Assembly (NCBI RefSeq): GCF_030028105.1
Contig: NC_092371.1
Span: 46,738,439 to 46,802,438, forward strand
Direction of reading: 5' to 3'
Source: Mobula birostris
Taxonomy: Eukaryota
Length of the DNA: 64,000 nucleotides
This document shows, one piece after another, positions 11,953-23,320 of this stretch; within the stretch, counting starts at the first letter, position 1, and each line of letters opens with the position of its first letter. The notes under the pieces were generated by a model. That model did not search any database. It worked only from the letters and a program-made list of their open reading frames with translations, and was not told where the DNA came from. The position numbers were made by a program, and so were the translations under genes.

Positions 11953-13382
11953 ATGTACTTCGCCATGTATTCAACCTGAGCCTGAGGCTCCAGAAGGTTC
12001 CTGTACTGTGGAAGACGTCCAGCCTTGTCCCTGTGCCGAAGACGCCACGCCCCAGCTGCCTCAATGACTACAGACCAGTGGCATTGACCTCCCACATCGT
12101 GAAGACCCTGGAGAGACTTGTTCTGGAGCTGCTCCGGCCTATGGTCAGGCCACACTTAGATCCCCTCCAGTTCGCCTACCAGCCCCGACTAGGAGTTGAG
12201 GATGCCATCATCTACCTGCTGAACCATGTCTACGCCCACCTGGACAAGCCAGCGAGCACTATGAGGGTCATGTTTTTTGACTTCTCCAGTGCGTTCAACA
12301 CCATCTGACAGCGATGCAGGTGAATGCTTCCCTGGTGTCATGGATTCTTGATTACCTGACTGGCAGACCACAGTACTTGTGCTTGCAACACTGTGTGTCC
12401 GACAGAGTGATCAGCAGCACTGGGGCTCCACAGGGGACTGTCTTGTCTCCCTTTCTCTTCACCATTTACACCTCGGACTTCAACTACTGCACAGAGTCTT
12501 GTCATCTTCAGAAGTTTTCTGATGACTCTGCCATAGTTGGATGCATCAGCAAGGGAGATGAGGCTGAGTACAGGGCTACGGTAGGAAACTTTGTCACATG
12601 GTGTGAGCAGAATTATCTGCAGCTTAATGTGAAAAAGACTAAAGAGCTGGTGGTAGACCTGAGGAGAGCTAAGGTACCGGTGACCCCTGTTTCCATCCAG
12701 GGGGTCAGTATGGACATGGTGGAGGATTACAAATACCTGGGGATACGTATTGACAATAAACTGGACTGGTCTAAGAACACTGAGGCTGTCTACAAGAAGG
12801 ATCAGAGCCGTCTCTATTTCCTGAGGAGATTGAGGTCCTTTAACATCTGCCGGACGATGCTGAGGATGTTCTACGAGTCTCTGGTGGCCAGTGCTATCAT
12901 GTTTGCTGTTGTGTGCTGGGGCAGTAGGCTGAGGGTAGCAGACACCAACAGAATCAACAAACTCACTCGTAAGGCTGGTGATGTTGTGGGGATGGAACTG
13001 GACTCTCTGACGGTGGTGTCTGAAAAGAGGATGCTGTCCAAGTTGCATGCCATCTTGGACAATGTCTCCCATCCACTACATAATGTACTGGGTGGGCACA
13101 GGAGTACATTCAGCCAGAGACTCATTCCACTGAGATGCAACACAGAGCGTCATAGGAAGTCATTCCTGCCTGTGGCCATCAAACTTCACAACTCCTCCCT
13201 TGGAGGGTCAGACACCCTGAGCCAATAGGCTGGTCCAGGACTTATTTCCTGGCATAATTTAAATATTACTATTTAACTATTTATGGTTTTATTACTATTT
13301 ATTATTTATGGTGCAACTGTAATGAAAACCAATTTCCCCCGGGATCAATAAAGTATGACTATCACTATCACTATGACTATGA
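11953..13382 (+). mobile_element. Rex1/Babar non-LTR retrotransposon, 5'-truncated, RT with one small deletion and stop
   Basis: ORFs 11814-12308 and 12314-13228 give NDYRPVALTS, DPLQFAY, FFDFSSAFNTI, GAPQGTVLSPFLF, LQKFSDD and YKYLG. AATAAA plus a (TATGAC/TATCAC)n tail at 13348-13382. Confidence 0.93.
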
Positions 13383-13489
13383 TCATTGAAGGAGCAGAAA
13401 TTAGGCTTCTCCAGATGTGTTATTTTAGAAAGTTTTAAACATTCTTGATATTTAAAGATAGGAAAAATGTAACTTTAAAGAAAATATCA

Positions 13490-14351
13490 TCGGGTAATGA
13501 TAGTTTGAGTACAGAGTAAGAACCTGGTGGCATGGTGCGAAGACAATAACCTATCCCTCAACGTCAGCAAGATGAAGGAATTGGTTGTTGATTTCAGAAG
13601 GAGTAGCGGACCGCACAACCCCATTTACATCCGTGGTGCGCAAGTGGAACAGGTCGAAAGCTTTAAGTTCCTTAGGGTCAATATCACAAATGGCCTGACT
13701 TGGTCCAACCAAGCAGAGTCCACTGCCAAGAAGGCCCACCAATGCCTTTATTTCCTGAGAAAGCTAAAGAAATTTGGACTGTACCCTAAAACCCTCACTA
13801 ATTTTTATAGGTGCACTGTAGAAAGCATTCTTCTAGGGTGCATTACAACCTGGTATGGAAGTTATCCTATCCAAGACCAGAAGAAGCTGCAGAAGATCGT
13901 GAACACGGTGCAGCACATCACACAAACTAATCTTCCGTCCTTGGACTCACTTTACACCGCATGCTGTCGGAGAAGTGTTGTCAGGATAATCAAGGACATG
14001 ACCCACCCAGCCAACACACTTTTCATCCCTCTTCCCTCTGGGAGAAGGCTCAAGAGCTTGAAGACTCGTACGGCTAGATTTGGGAACAGCTTCTTTCCAA
14101 CTGTGAGAAGACTGCTGAACGGATCCTGACCTAGATCTGGGCCATACCCTCCAAATATCCGGATCTGCCTCTTGGTTTTTTTACAATACCTTACTTTCCC
14201 TTTTCTATTTTTCTATTTATGATTTATAATTTAAATTTTTAATATTTACTATCAATTTGTACTCAAGGGAGCGCGAAGCGCAGAATCAAATATCGCTGTG
14301 ATGATTGTACGCTCTAGTATCAATTGTTTGGTGACAATAAAGTAAAGTAAA
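13490..14351 (+). mobile_element. Second Rex1/Babar subfamily, 3' fragment
   Basis: ORF 13527-14129: WCEDNNLSLNVSK, LYFLRKLKKFG, FYRCTVESIL, LPSGRR, SFFP. Tail aataaagtaaagtaaa. Confidence 0.9.
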
Positions 14352-14499
14352 TATTTTAAAGATTAAAATTAAAAATATTTTTGCTGTAATATACATATTA
14401 ATTGTCTGAACTTGGGGGTGAAAGCCACAATTTCTAAGCTTTCAGATAGCAAAAGTAAATTGATAGCATTGTTTAGTGTGGGGAATGCTGTAACAGAAT

Positions 14500-15200
14500 A
14501 GAGAAAGATACAAACAAGTTGGGGGGTGAAGCTTAATGCAGAGAAATTTGAGGTGATGCACTTTGATAGGAAGAATGAGAAGAATCAATGTAGAATAAAG
14601 AAGACTTCTAAATTGTGATGAGACACTCAGGGAATGTGAGTACATACTACCTAAAGGGTGTGAATGCAATTGCTAAGGCATGCACAATTCTGAACTTCAT
14701 CAAATAGTGTATATGAAGGCAGGGAAGTCCTGCTGGACCTCTATAAAACATCAGCCCAGCCTAATTTAGAGCATTGTGTTCTTCTCTGAGATGTGCGGGT
14801 GCTGGAGATTTATGAAAATGTTTCCTGAGGTGAGGGATTAGAGAGTCTATGACTGTCTTATTTTGGGAAAGACAATGACTGAGGGAAGATCTGATATATG
14901 GATACTGTGTGAGACAAGTGCACTAGAGTGGACTGTGGTGGAGTTCTATCAATAGAAGGATCATAGATGCAGAATAAAGGGAAACAGAATTTAGAATGAC
15001 ATAAGGGAAAACTTCTAAATACAACGTGTGGTTGTAATCTGGAATACTCTGCCTGTAGATGTGGAGGCACATCCATTATGGCCTTCAAGGAGGAATTGGA
15101 TAAATATATTGCAGAGAATTCTTTCAGGGTCAGTGGATGGAACTGGAATTGCTTTGGTAGTGAGCCATGTGGTTAGATGATGAACCGAACAGTCTAATTC
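14500..15200 (+). mobile_element. Heavily decayed CR1 LINE 3' fragment
   Basis: Remnants gaggtgatgcacttt, ctctataaaaca...gagcattgtgt and tctggaatactctgcctg correspond to the CR1 ORF2 C-terminus seen in younger copies. Confidence 0.55.
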
Positions 15201-15205
15201 TGCAC

Positions 15206-15351
15206 AAACACAAGAAATTCTGCAGGTTCTGTATATCATATACATATCATTTGCAGCATACACAAAATGCTTGAAGAACTCAGCAAGTAGGCAGCATCCA
15301 TGGAAATGAATAAACAGTCGACATTTGAGGCCGAGACCCTGCATTAGGAGT
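15206..15351 (-). mobile_element. Penelope pseudo-LTR mini-insertion with decayed hammerhead, 11-bp TSD
   Basis: Reverse complement ctcctaatgcagggtctcggcctcaaatgtcgact. TSD taattctgcac at 15195-15205 and 15352-15362. Confidence 0.75.
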
Positions 15352-16251
15352 TAATTCTGCACTGTAACTGCTCCACAATAAATATATAACAAAATAAAAA
15401 TCAATTGATGCCCATCAAAATCCTCAAAATAACTTTTCCTCTTCCTGACCAATGTCAAGGATTTCCTCCTAAGCAGTGGGTTCCAAGGTGGCTGCAGTCT
15501 TTGTCACATTTCAGGCTATGCTGCCAGGTGGTAGATGATGTGGGCAGTGGTATGCTTTTTTCTGTCATTAACACTCGACTTGTGACAGCATCTGACAAAG
15601 GACTTTTGCTGTTCATAGGCTTGGGATTCTCTTGAATGTGGATGTTATGCTTTTACAAGGAGACCTTGGTCACATACTTAAATCATTCTTCCTGATCAGC
15701 TAGCGAGAGGGCTCTGAACAATATTTTGGTGGTCTGGTATTTGACAATCCTGTCTGTTGAAGCGATCATTGTAATTGTGGCCTCAGTGCTCGGTACATTG
15801 ACTTGGGGGAGGATGTTGACATCAGTTTGCTTCTCCTTCTGAAGTTGGCAGTGATATCCCTCCAGCAACTTAAGGTGCCTGCTATAGGTTACCTTTGATT
15901 CAGAAACATTTAGGAGCTGGTAAACAATGAGCTTTATGGAGGTTGAGTGTTTATCTTCATCAAGCTTTTTCTTTGATAACTAAACAACGTGCATCTGCAC
16001 TGAAGACATTATCTGCACTGGTGAGTTTCAGTGTACTGTCTATCATCAATGCTCTTCATTATCAGGACACGTACAGCAGGGACAAATTGGTGGTGAATGC
16101 TTGTTTTTGCAAGGTTAAGTGTGAGGCCAATTCTCTTATGTTTCAGTAAGTGATCCAATGACTACTTAGAGGTCAATGCAAACATCATCTGTGTCCTAGA
16201 GCTCAATGGCTGAATTTGCGGTGGGCTTTGTTCTGAATAACAGGAGACATA

Positions 16252-16809
16252 CATGTATTAGCCACTTTATTAGGTACAGGAGGTACCTTTTAGAGTGGCT
16301 GTTGAGTGTATTTCTGTATGTTCGTGGCCTTCTGTTGTTGTAGCCTGTCTACTTCAAAGTTTGTTGTGTTGTTCATTCAGAGATGTTCTCCTGCACACCA
16401 CTGGTGTAACATATGGTTATTTAAATTACTGCTGTCTTCCCGCTCACTTGAATCAGACTGGCCATTCTTCTCTGACCTTTCTCACCAACAAGGCACTTGC
16501 ACTAACAGAACTGCTGGTCACTAGATTTTTTTTTTGCACGTTTCTCTGTAAACTCTAAAGAAAATCCCAGGAGATCAGCAGCTTCTAGATACTCGGACCA
16601 CCCTGTCTGGCACCAACAATGATCCTACAGTCAAAGTCACTTAGGTCGCATTTCTTCCTCATCCTGGTGTTTGGTCTGAATGACAACTGAACCATTCGAC
16701 CATGTCTGTATATATTTTTGCATAGAGTTGCTGTAACATAATTGGCTGATTAGATGTTTGCATTAACGAGCAGGTGTACAGGTGTACCTAATAATGTGGC
16801 CACTGACAG
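16252..16809 (-). mobile_element. Tc1/mariner non-autonomous deletion derivative
   Basis: TIR cores gccactttattaggtaca (16261) and tgtacctaataatgtggc (to 16800), with TA at both flanks. The minus strand encodes a Tc1 N-terminal remnant CDLSDFDCRIIVGARQGG...ADLLGF. Confidence 0.85.
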
Positions 16810-17269
16810 TAACTTCAAACACACATTGCCTGAATCCTTCCACAGTTTCCTGAACCAAAGTACTGACAAAAGTATAATATTTAGATTTTTTGATGCTTTT
16901 CTATGAGATTTGATTGGAGTAAAGAATTATTTATATGTGTACTTAAAGGTAAATTACCATTTGAGTGAAACTATGAACTTAATTATATGAACAGAAATGG
17001 TTTTCTTGGTGTTTGCCGTAGTCCTTGAATAAGCAAGACAATGCTGCTGCAAAAATAGCTTACATCCAAAATATTGGGAAGTATTTGATCCATGTTCAAA
17101 TAAATCCTGAGCTGTATGCTAATACAGAAATTTAAATTGGGAAGGATTCTACCAAAGTTAGAACTACTTAAACTAAATTGTGATATGATATATTGTCAAG
17201 TAAGGTGACCCACTAATGTGAGAAACCATGTTATGTTCTTTTATTTTGGATCATATATTGAGATAAGTA

Positions 17270-17550
17270 GTTCTGTTTTAATTAATTCTCACAGTCATAA
17301 CTACTGCATTATCCGCCCTTCATCTTACATCCTCATCCTTTGTGCCATATAATATTTTCTTCCTTCCACTCTATCACAAATCTTTCCTTTTGTTCATTAC
17401 TCTGCCTTCCTCCCTTATCTGCAAATTAAATCGTGTTTTATTTCTAAACGTTTCCAGTTCCCATGAGAGGTCTTTAATCTACAACATAATTCTGTTTCTC
17501 TCTCATAGATACTCCCCTATGTGGGAAATGCTTCCAACATTTTCTAGTTA
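17270..17550 (+). mobile_element. Very old Penelope-like pseudo-LTR remnant
   Basis: Pyrimidine-rich tract, then ccagttcccatgagaggtc...ctgtttctctctc...ccaacatttt, matching the layout of the hammerhead-bearing tails. Confidence 0.4.
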
Positions 17551-19982
17551 TATTTTGAAGTTATCATTCCCTACATATAATTATGAAAAATAACAATTTG
17601 TTTCATTATACCTGGCTTTCTCCTACCAAATAAATGCTTTGCTATGTTTTCAGAAGATTGAAGAAGTCTATCTGTATATTTCAATGCAAGTTTTCAAAAA
17701 CAGATTTGCTAAAAGAAACCGTTGAAACATCCCTGGTTGCAATTTCTTGCAGACATACATAGGGAAGTATGAATCCCATAAAATAGACAACTTATAGAAA
17801 CAACTAGAGCTGTTAAATATGAGAAATCCGAGCATCCACAGTGTAGTTAAATATTCCCAAATCTGGAAGCACCATCAAACTAGCCGGTCTTCGATCATAA
17901 TACTCTTTCAAAGAATTTGCAGCCTTTTTCCTGGAAGGAAATATTAAATATCTAGACGGTAAGAAACAGTAATAAAGCCAACAGCCATCTGTGTGATGTA
18001 TACATGCCTGAGTAAACACAACCCAATCATTTCAATATAATTTTGGTGCATGAAAGAAAAGAATGTACACGTCAACATAGACTAGTTACGATAACTTATT
18101 TGTTCTAGCTTTCCTGAAATTGCATGTGAAGGGAAAGTTTAACAAGGCATATATCAAGGTACTTCTCTGAGGATGAAGCAGCATCTATTTTATTTCTGTA
18201 TTATTAGTATGCTTATTACTCATTATTAATCAAGCATTCAAAGATGCAGACCAATTACTGTGATATTTCTGGTGTCATTATGCCAGTACCTTTATTTCAC
18301 CCATAAACTCCTGAATGTACATACTGATGTACTCTTACTTTGTTTGTTGAAGACAAAGTCTCATCCACTATTTACTTTCAGAATTTTATGGCATTTTGTA
18401 TTCAAATTACACTCGATTTTCTATGTACCATTGATCACATAAATACATTATAGAAATCTGCAAATATCTGTTGTAGGAACCATACATTTTGTGTTGTGCG
18501 TTGATTATGTGTATTACGGTAACTAGTCATATTTTTGGGGGCGTGGTAAAGGTGAAGAGAAAAGTTTTTGTATTCACGGTTATTTTTGTGTCAGTTCGTA
18601 GCTTGTGGCTGGCGAAGCTCATATCTTTGCAGATGTGTGATTGTTAATAGCTAATAAAAGATCAGAATAAGGAATTCAACTCTTTGAAGCAATTATTGGA
18701 GTTGTGGGCGAGTTGTGCAATTATAACAAGTCTATACAGATGCAGGCAGGCAGCAATTGTTCTGTTTGATTTTGGATTTTTTTTTGCCGCTACATCTAAA
18801 TTAGTAATTTGCAGACAATCAGGCTCTGTTACTGTTATATCCTCAATAAATGTAGTAGAGGATGACCACAATTAGAGACAAATTAAAACTTCAAAAATGG
18901 GTTTGCCCATTGGTGGACAGAGACATGGTGCCCTCCTCTCCATCACACCAACTCCAATCCCCATTATGTAAGTGTACAGTATGCATATATTTAACATTCT
19001 CCTCCAGTTGCCACATATGCTGCTGAACCTCAACAGCTCCCTCATCAAATTCAACAATATTAAGAACAGAGTGAAACATGAATTTCAATTCAGTTATTAA
19101 ACAAAGGAAACTCAATGCTAATTATATTCATCAACAAATTCACCATATTATTCCTCATCGCTTTTCTCTTGTGTAATGAAGCAGCAGAGGATTAAAACCA
19201 TCATTTAATTATTAAGGATCTAAAAGGGAGCAAAATTGATTAAGAAACTAGAACTTTGTTGCGTTTTTTGTAGCCTACAACATTACCATGACAAATACAA
19301 CTAAAGATGCATTTGTTCGCTTGGACACCACACACATCAATGCACTTACATTGTTTGACATTTCCCATTGTAAAAGGATTGTAATTTGACAACCAATCAT
19401 CAGGGACTGCCTAATCCTAAACCTCTATCTGTCAGATAACAAAGAGCTCATCAGGTATCTCAAATAATTTGATCACAGCCAATCTTACATCCAGCTCTTA
19501 TGTATTAAACTGGAATCAGCAGTTAACTGCATCGGGAAGTGAAGCTATAATTCCAGTTAGTATTCAGTCCAAGTCATCATTTAAATTGCTACTGACAGTA
19601 ATAACCTGACTTAAAAAAACATTGATGAGTGAAACTTATTCCATTGTAACAATATGATATTCATATAGATTAGTTTGTGATGCCTTCATCAGGTCAATTC
19701 ATCAGTGAAATGGAATGATGTATTTGTTTAGTGGATAAAAGTAAACCATTTTACAGATCTCTACATTGTGTCTTTACTTGATATTTGTTGAAGCTTTAGT
19801 TAAAGTGTACAATCTTTAGAGATGGACATTCACAGTAAAAGATTTAACCTTCAGCAAGGGCATTGTTAGTATCATTTCCAGATATAATGTGCATTGGACA
19901 AAGGTGAATTGTTGTGAGCTCTTAAATTCCTTGAACTGCATAGGCATTTATTTCATTCTTGAATCTAAGGATGAAATTGTCC

Positions 19983-20637
19983 ATCCAGCCCACAACAAGC
20001 AAGTTGATAGGGTGGTCAAGTCCTTCGTCAGTCAAGGGAATGAGTTCAAGGAACGTGATGTAAAAAAGAGCTCTATAAAACTCCTGTTAGACCACACTAG
20101 GAATATTGTGTTCATATCTGGTCACCTCATTATAGGAAGGGTGTGGAAGTTTTAGAGAGTGTGCAAAGTTGATGCTGCCTGGATTAGAGAACAGATTTTA
20201 TGAGGATAGGTTGAGCAAGCTAGGGCTACTCCCTTTGGAGCAATAGCAGATGAGAGGTGATGATAGAGGTGAACAAGATAATGAGGAGATATAGATAGAG
20301 TGGACATCCAGGAACATTTTTCCCGATGGAAATGGTGAATACAAGGGAGCATATTTTAAAGTGATTAGAGGCAAGTATTGGGGAGAATATCAGAGGTAGG
20401 ATTTTTACACAGAGACTAGTAAGTGCATAGAAAGCTCTGCCAGCAGTGGTGGTTTAGGCAGATACATGAGGGATACTTTAAAAAAACTCTTAGATAGGCA
20501 CATGAATGAAAGAAAAAAATGAAGGCTAAGGGAGAGGAGAAGGTTACATTGACCTTAGAGCAGGTTAAAAGTTTGGCACAACATTGTGGGCCAAAGGGTC
20601 TGTACTGTGCTGTCCTATTTTATGTTCTGTGTTCTAA
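19983..20637 (+). mobile_element. CR1 LINE 3' fragment
   Basis: Decayed QVDRVVK, ctctataaaactcctgttagaccacac and ttttacacagag segments; tail tatgttctgtgttcta. Confidence 0.85.
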
Positions 20638-21120
20638 ATTTGGGTTCTCTAGACAATCATCCTCCATGAGGAGGAGCATTAAGTTCAGAAGAACTATTTA
20701 GTTCTCCTTCCTCATGCCTCACATACTTAGTCCTTCCAAATCCTTACTCCATTTCTTGGTTTTCCAATTCTCCTACCATCCTTTGATATTTAGTTTTCTG
20801 CTTCCCTTGGTTTTCCTTTGTGTGTTCTGAGAGGCCTTTAGAATATTCATCAATACCTCTTAAAAGTAACTGTCCCAACTGCCCAATCTCCTTTAATTCT
20901 TCCAATCTCTTTCCCTCCTAATTACTACACCTAATTTCTGCTGTGTGGATTCTGCCAGCAGCTCAGTTGTCCTCCAGGGTGCTTTTTCATGAGTAGCCAG
21001 AACCCTTGTGACCCTGAACTATTGCATTAATTGCAATGGCACCATAGACTTGAAAGAGATATGCCCAAACTTTTCATTCAATAAAGCCTTCCTCCTCAGC
21101 TCATTCACCAACTGCCTATT

Positions 21121-21203
21121 CCAGACTGCCATAGGTTAGGGTTATTGTCCAGACTGTCATGGGTTAGAGTTATTGTCCAGACTGCAATGGGTTAGGTATT
21201 ATT
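21121..21203. repeat. Minisatellite, about 3 x 28 bp
   Basis: ccagactgccataggttagggttattgt / ccagactgtcatgggttagagttattgt / ccagactgcaatgggttaggtattatt. Confidence 0.9.
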
Positions 21204-22300
21204 CTTTTCACTGAATTACCCCAATGCATTGCCACTTTACAGTAACATTCCACTCCTCATACCAGCACTGAGACAGTTACTGTCCTACTGTGTTCTCATA
21301 TGCCCTCTGTTACCGAAAATAGTTCCCCTTGCCAAAAGTGTCACTTTATCATTTTCTGTCAGTCACCTTATATTTAGATATTCCTACATTTAGCTCACTT
21401 ATGTACACGCAATCAGTTTATGTATATAAGCTAGTCTTATGTGTATACAGCACTCACTTGTACATTGAGTTTTATAGGATTGCTTTTATATTTATATTTG
21501 TTGTGTCTTTATGCTTATTGTGTTTCTTATGCTGCACTGGATCCAGAATAACAATCATTTCATTCTCCTTTATACTTGTGTACTGAAGAATGACAATAAA
21601 CAATCTTGAATCTTAAATCTTGGTCTGTCTCTCTACCTCTTCCTCTTTCAAATATCTCAGTTTTTTTCCCACTACTCTCAACTTTGTTCCAAAATCCTCG
21701 TTTTCTCCCACACGCCATAGTCTAGGTGACAATTTTCTCATGTGACATAGCCTTCTGATAACTGAACCCCACTGAACCCCAAATCTCTTCTCCACACCCC
21801 ACCAATTCTCTTCCTAATTCCATGAAGTGGATGTATGAAGAAGCACAAATCCAACATCAAACTATTAAACCGAAAAATGTCTGTCAATTATCACTATACA
21901 CTACAACATTAATAATGTTTACGAATAACAAGTATAAAATAACAATAATTGTAATTAAGCAGCTGTGGCTCTTTAAAATGCCTTTAGAACTCTTTAGAGT
22001 AGAATAGACTAGGTATTAAATGTTTTCAGGATCTGTTTGTGGAGATGATCTTTCCTCATTTGATCAACTATCTGTTAAATATAATCTTCATAAAGCTCAC
22101 TTTTTTAGATATTTACAAATTAGAGACTTCTTGCATTCTCAACTTCATACATTTCATACATTTCCTAAATATTCTTAGAAATATTCTTAGGTAGCAGAGG
22201 GCATATGAGAACACAGTAGGACAGTAACTGTGTCAGTGCTGGTATGAGGCGTGGAATGTTACTGTAAAGTGGCAATGCATTGGAGTAATTCAGTGAAAAG
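21204..22300. repeat. 111-bp inverted duplication (21204-21314 and 22190-22300)
   Basis: Direct reverse-complement match with 4 mismatches counted by eye. Confidence 0.95.
21330..21615 (+). mobile_element. Rex1/Babar-like 3' UTR fragment
   Basis: AT-rich UTR ending gacaataaacaatcttgaatctt. Confidence 0.5.
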
Positions 22301-23320
22301 ATAAGAATTTAATTGAAACAATTTTTACTTTGAAACCCTTTCATAATGGATCTAATTCTAATATTTATAGTATGTTGTTGGCAATGAGAAACATTCCGTT
22401 AGACAAAATTAAAAACCGCTGGGAACAAAACCTACAGATTTCTATTGATGAGGATACTTGGAATGAAATTCTTTAACTTGTTCACACCTCTTCGTTATGT
22501 GCATGTCACTCTCTTTTACAACTTAAAGTGGTTCGTAGAGCCCATATGACTAAAGATAAGCTCTCTTGTTTTTACTCAGATTTTTCTCCATACTGTAATA
22601 GGGGTAATGACAAAGAGGCCTCGCTAATTCATATGTTTTGGTCTTGCCCGCGGCTTGATAAATTTTGGAAAGAAGTATTTCAAACTTTCTCGGAGCTTTT
22701 TAAAGTAAACTTTAAACCCAACCCTCTGACTGTCTTGTTTGGCATTGCTGGAGGAAATAATTTCACTCTTAAACTGAATGATTTGCATATTTTGGCTTTT
22801 ATTTCTCTTTTAGCCAGAAGAGTTTTGTTGCTTAAATGGAAAGATGCCGCTTCGCCTGCTCTTGCCCATTGGTTGATTGATGTTATGTCATGTTTAAATC
22901 TGGAGAAGATTAGGTGTTCTATTTCTATACCTAGACAAGATTTTTTCACATTATGGGGATCTTTTTGGAACTACTTTCACAATTTTCGACTTGTTCAGCA
23001 ATGACGATGGTTATTCTATGTTTGAATTTATGACTATATGTCAGAGTTTTTTTTCTTTTCTTTTAACCAAATAGCTGTTTTTTTTCTCCTTTTTTTTGTT
23101 TTGTTGTGTGGTTTTGATTTTGCTTTAGATTAGAATAAAATATACCTTTTCAACATTATGCTTAATTTACTATACATAGTTATGGGGCATTTCAATCTTG
23201 TTTCTGTTTCCATAATATCTGTATCATTTCTTAATGCATGTATTACTAAATGACAATAAAAGAGGACTGTGTGTCTTCATAATGTATTTTGTATTAATAA
23301 AAATATTGGAAAAGGAAAGA
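22015..23320 (+). mobile_element. L1-clade LINE 3' fragment (ORF2 C-terminus)
   Basis: FFRYLQIRDF remnant at about 22100. ORF 22528-23004 has the cysteine-rich motif C..G...ASLIHMFWSC, ARRVLLLKWK and LEKIR. T-rich UTR, AATAAA at about 23296 and an A-rich end. Confidence 0.88.

Noticed and set aside
12338-13072. 244-aa antisense ORF, and similar antisense ORFs over CR1 and Gypsy regions
   Set aside because: Shadow frames of RT or Gag coding sequence with no independent motifs.
21121-21203. CRISPR array or interstitial telomere
   Set aside because: Units are head-to-tail without spacers, there is only one TTAGGG, the context is eukaryotic and there are no cas genes.
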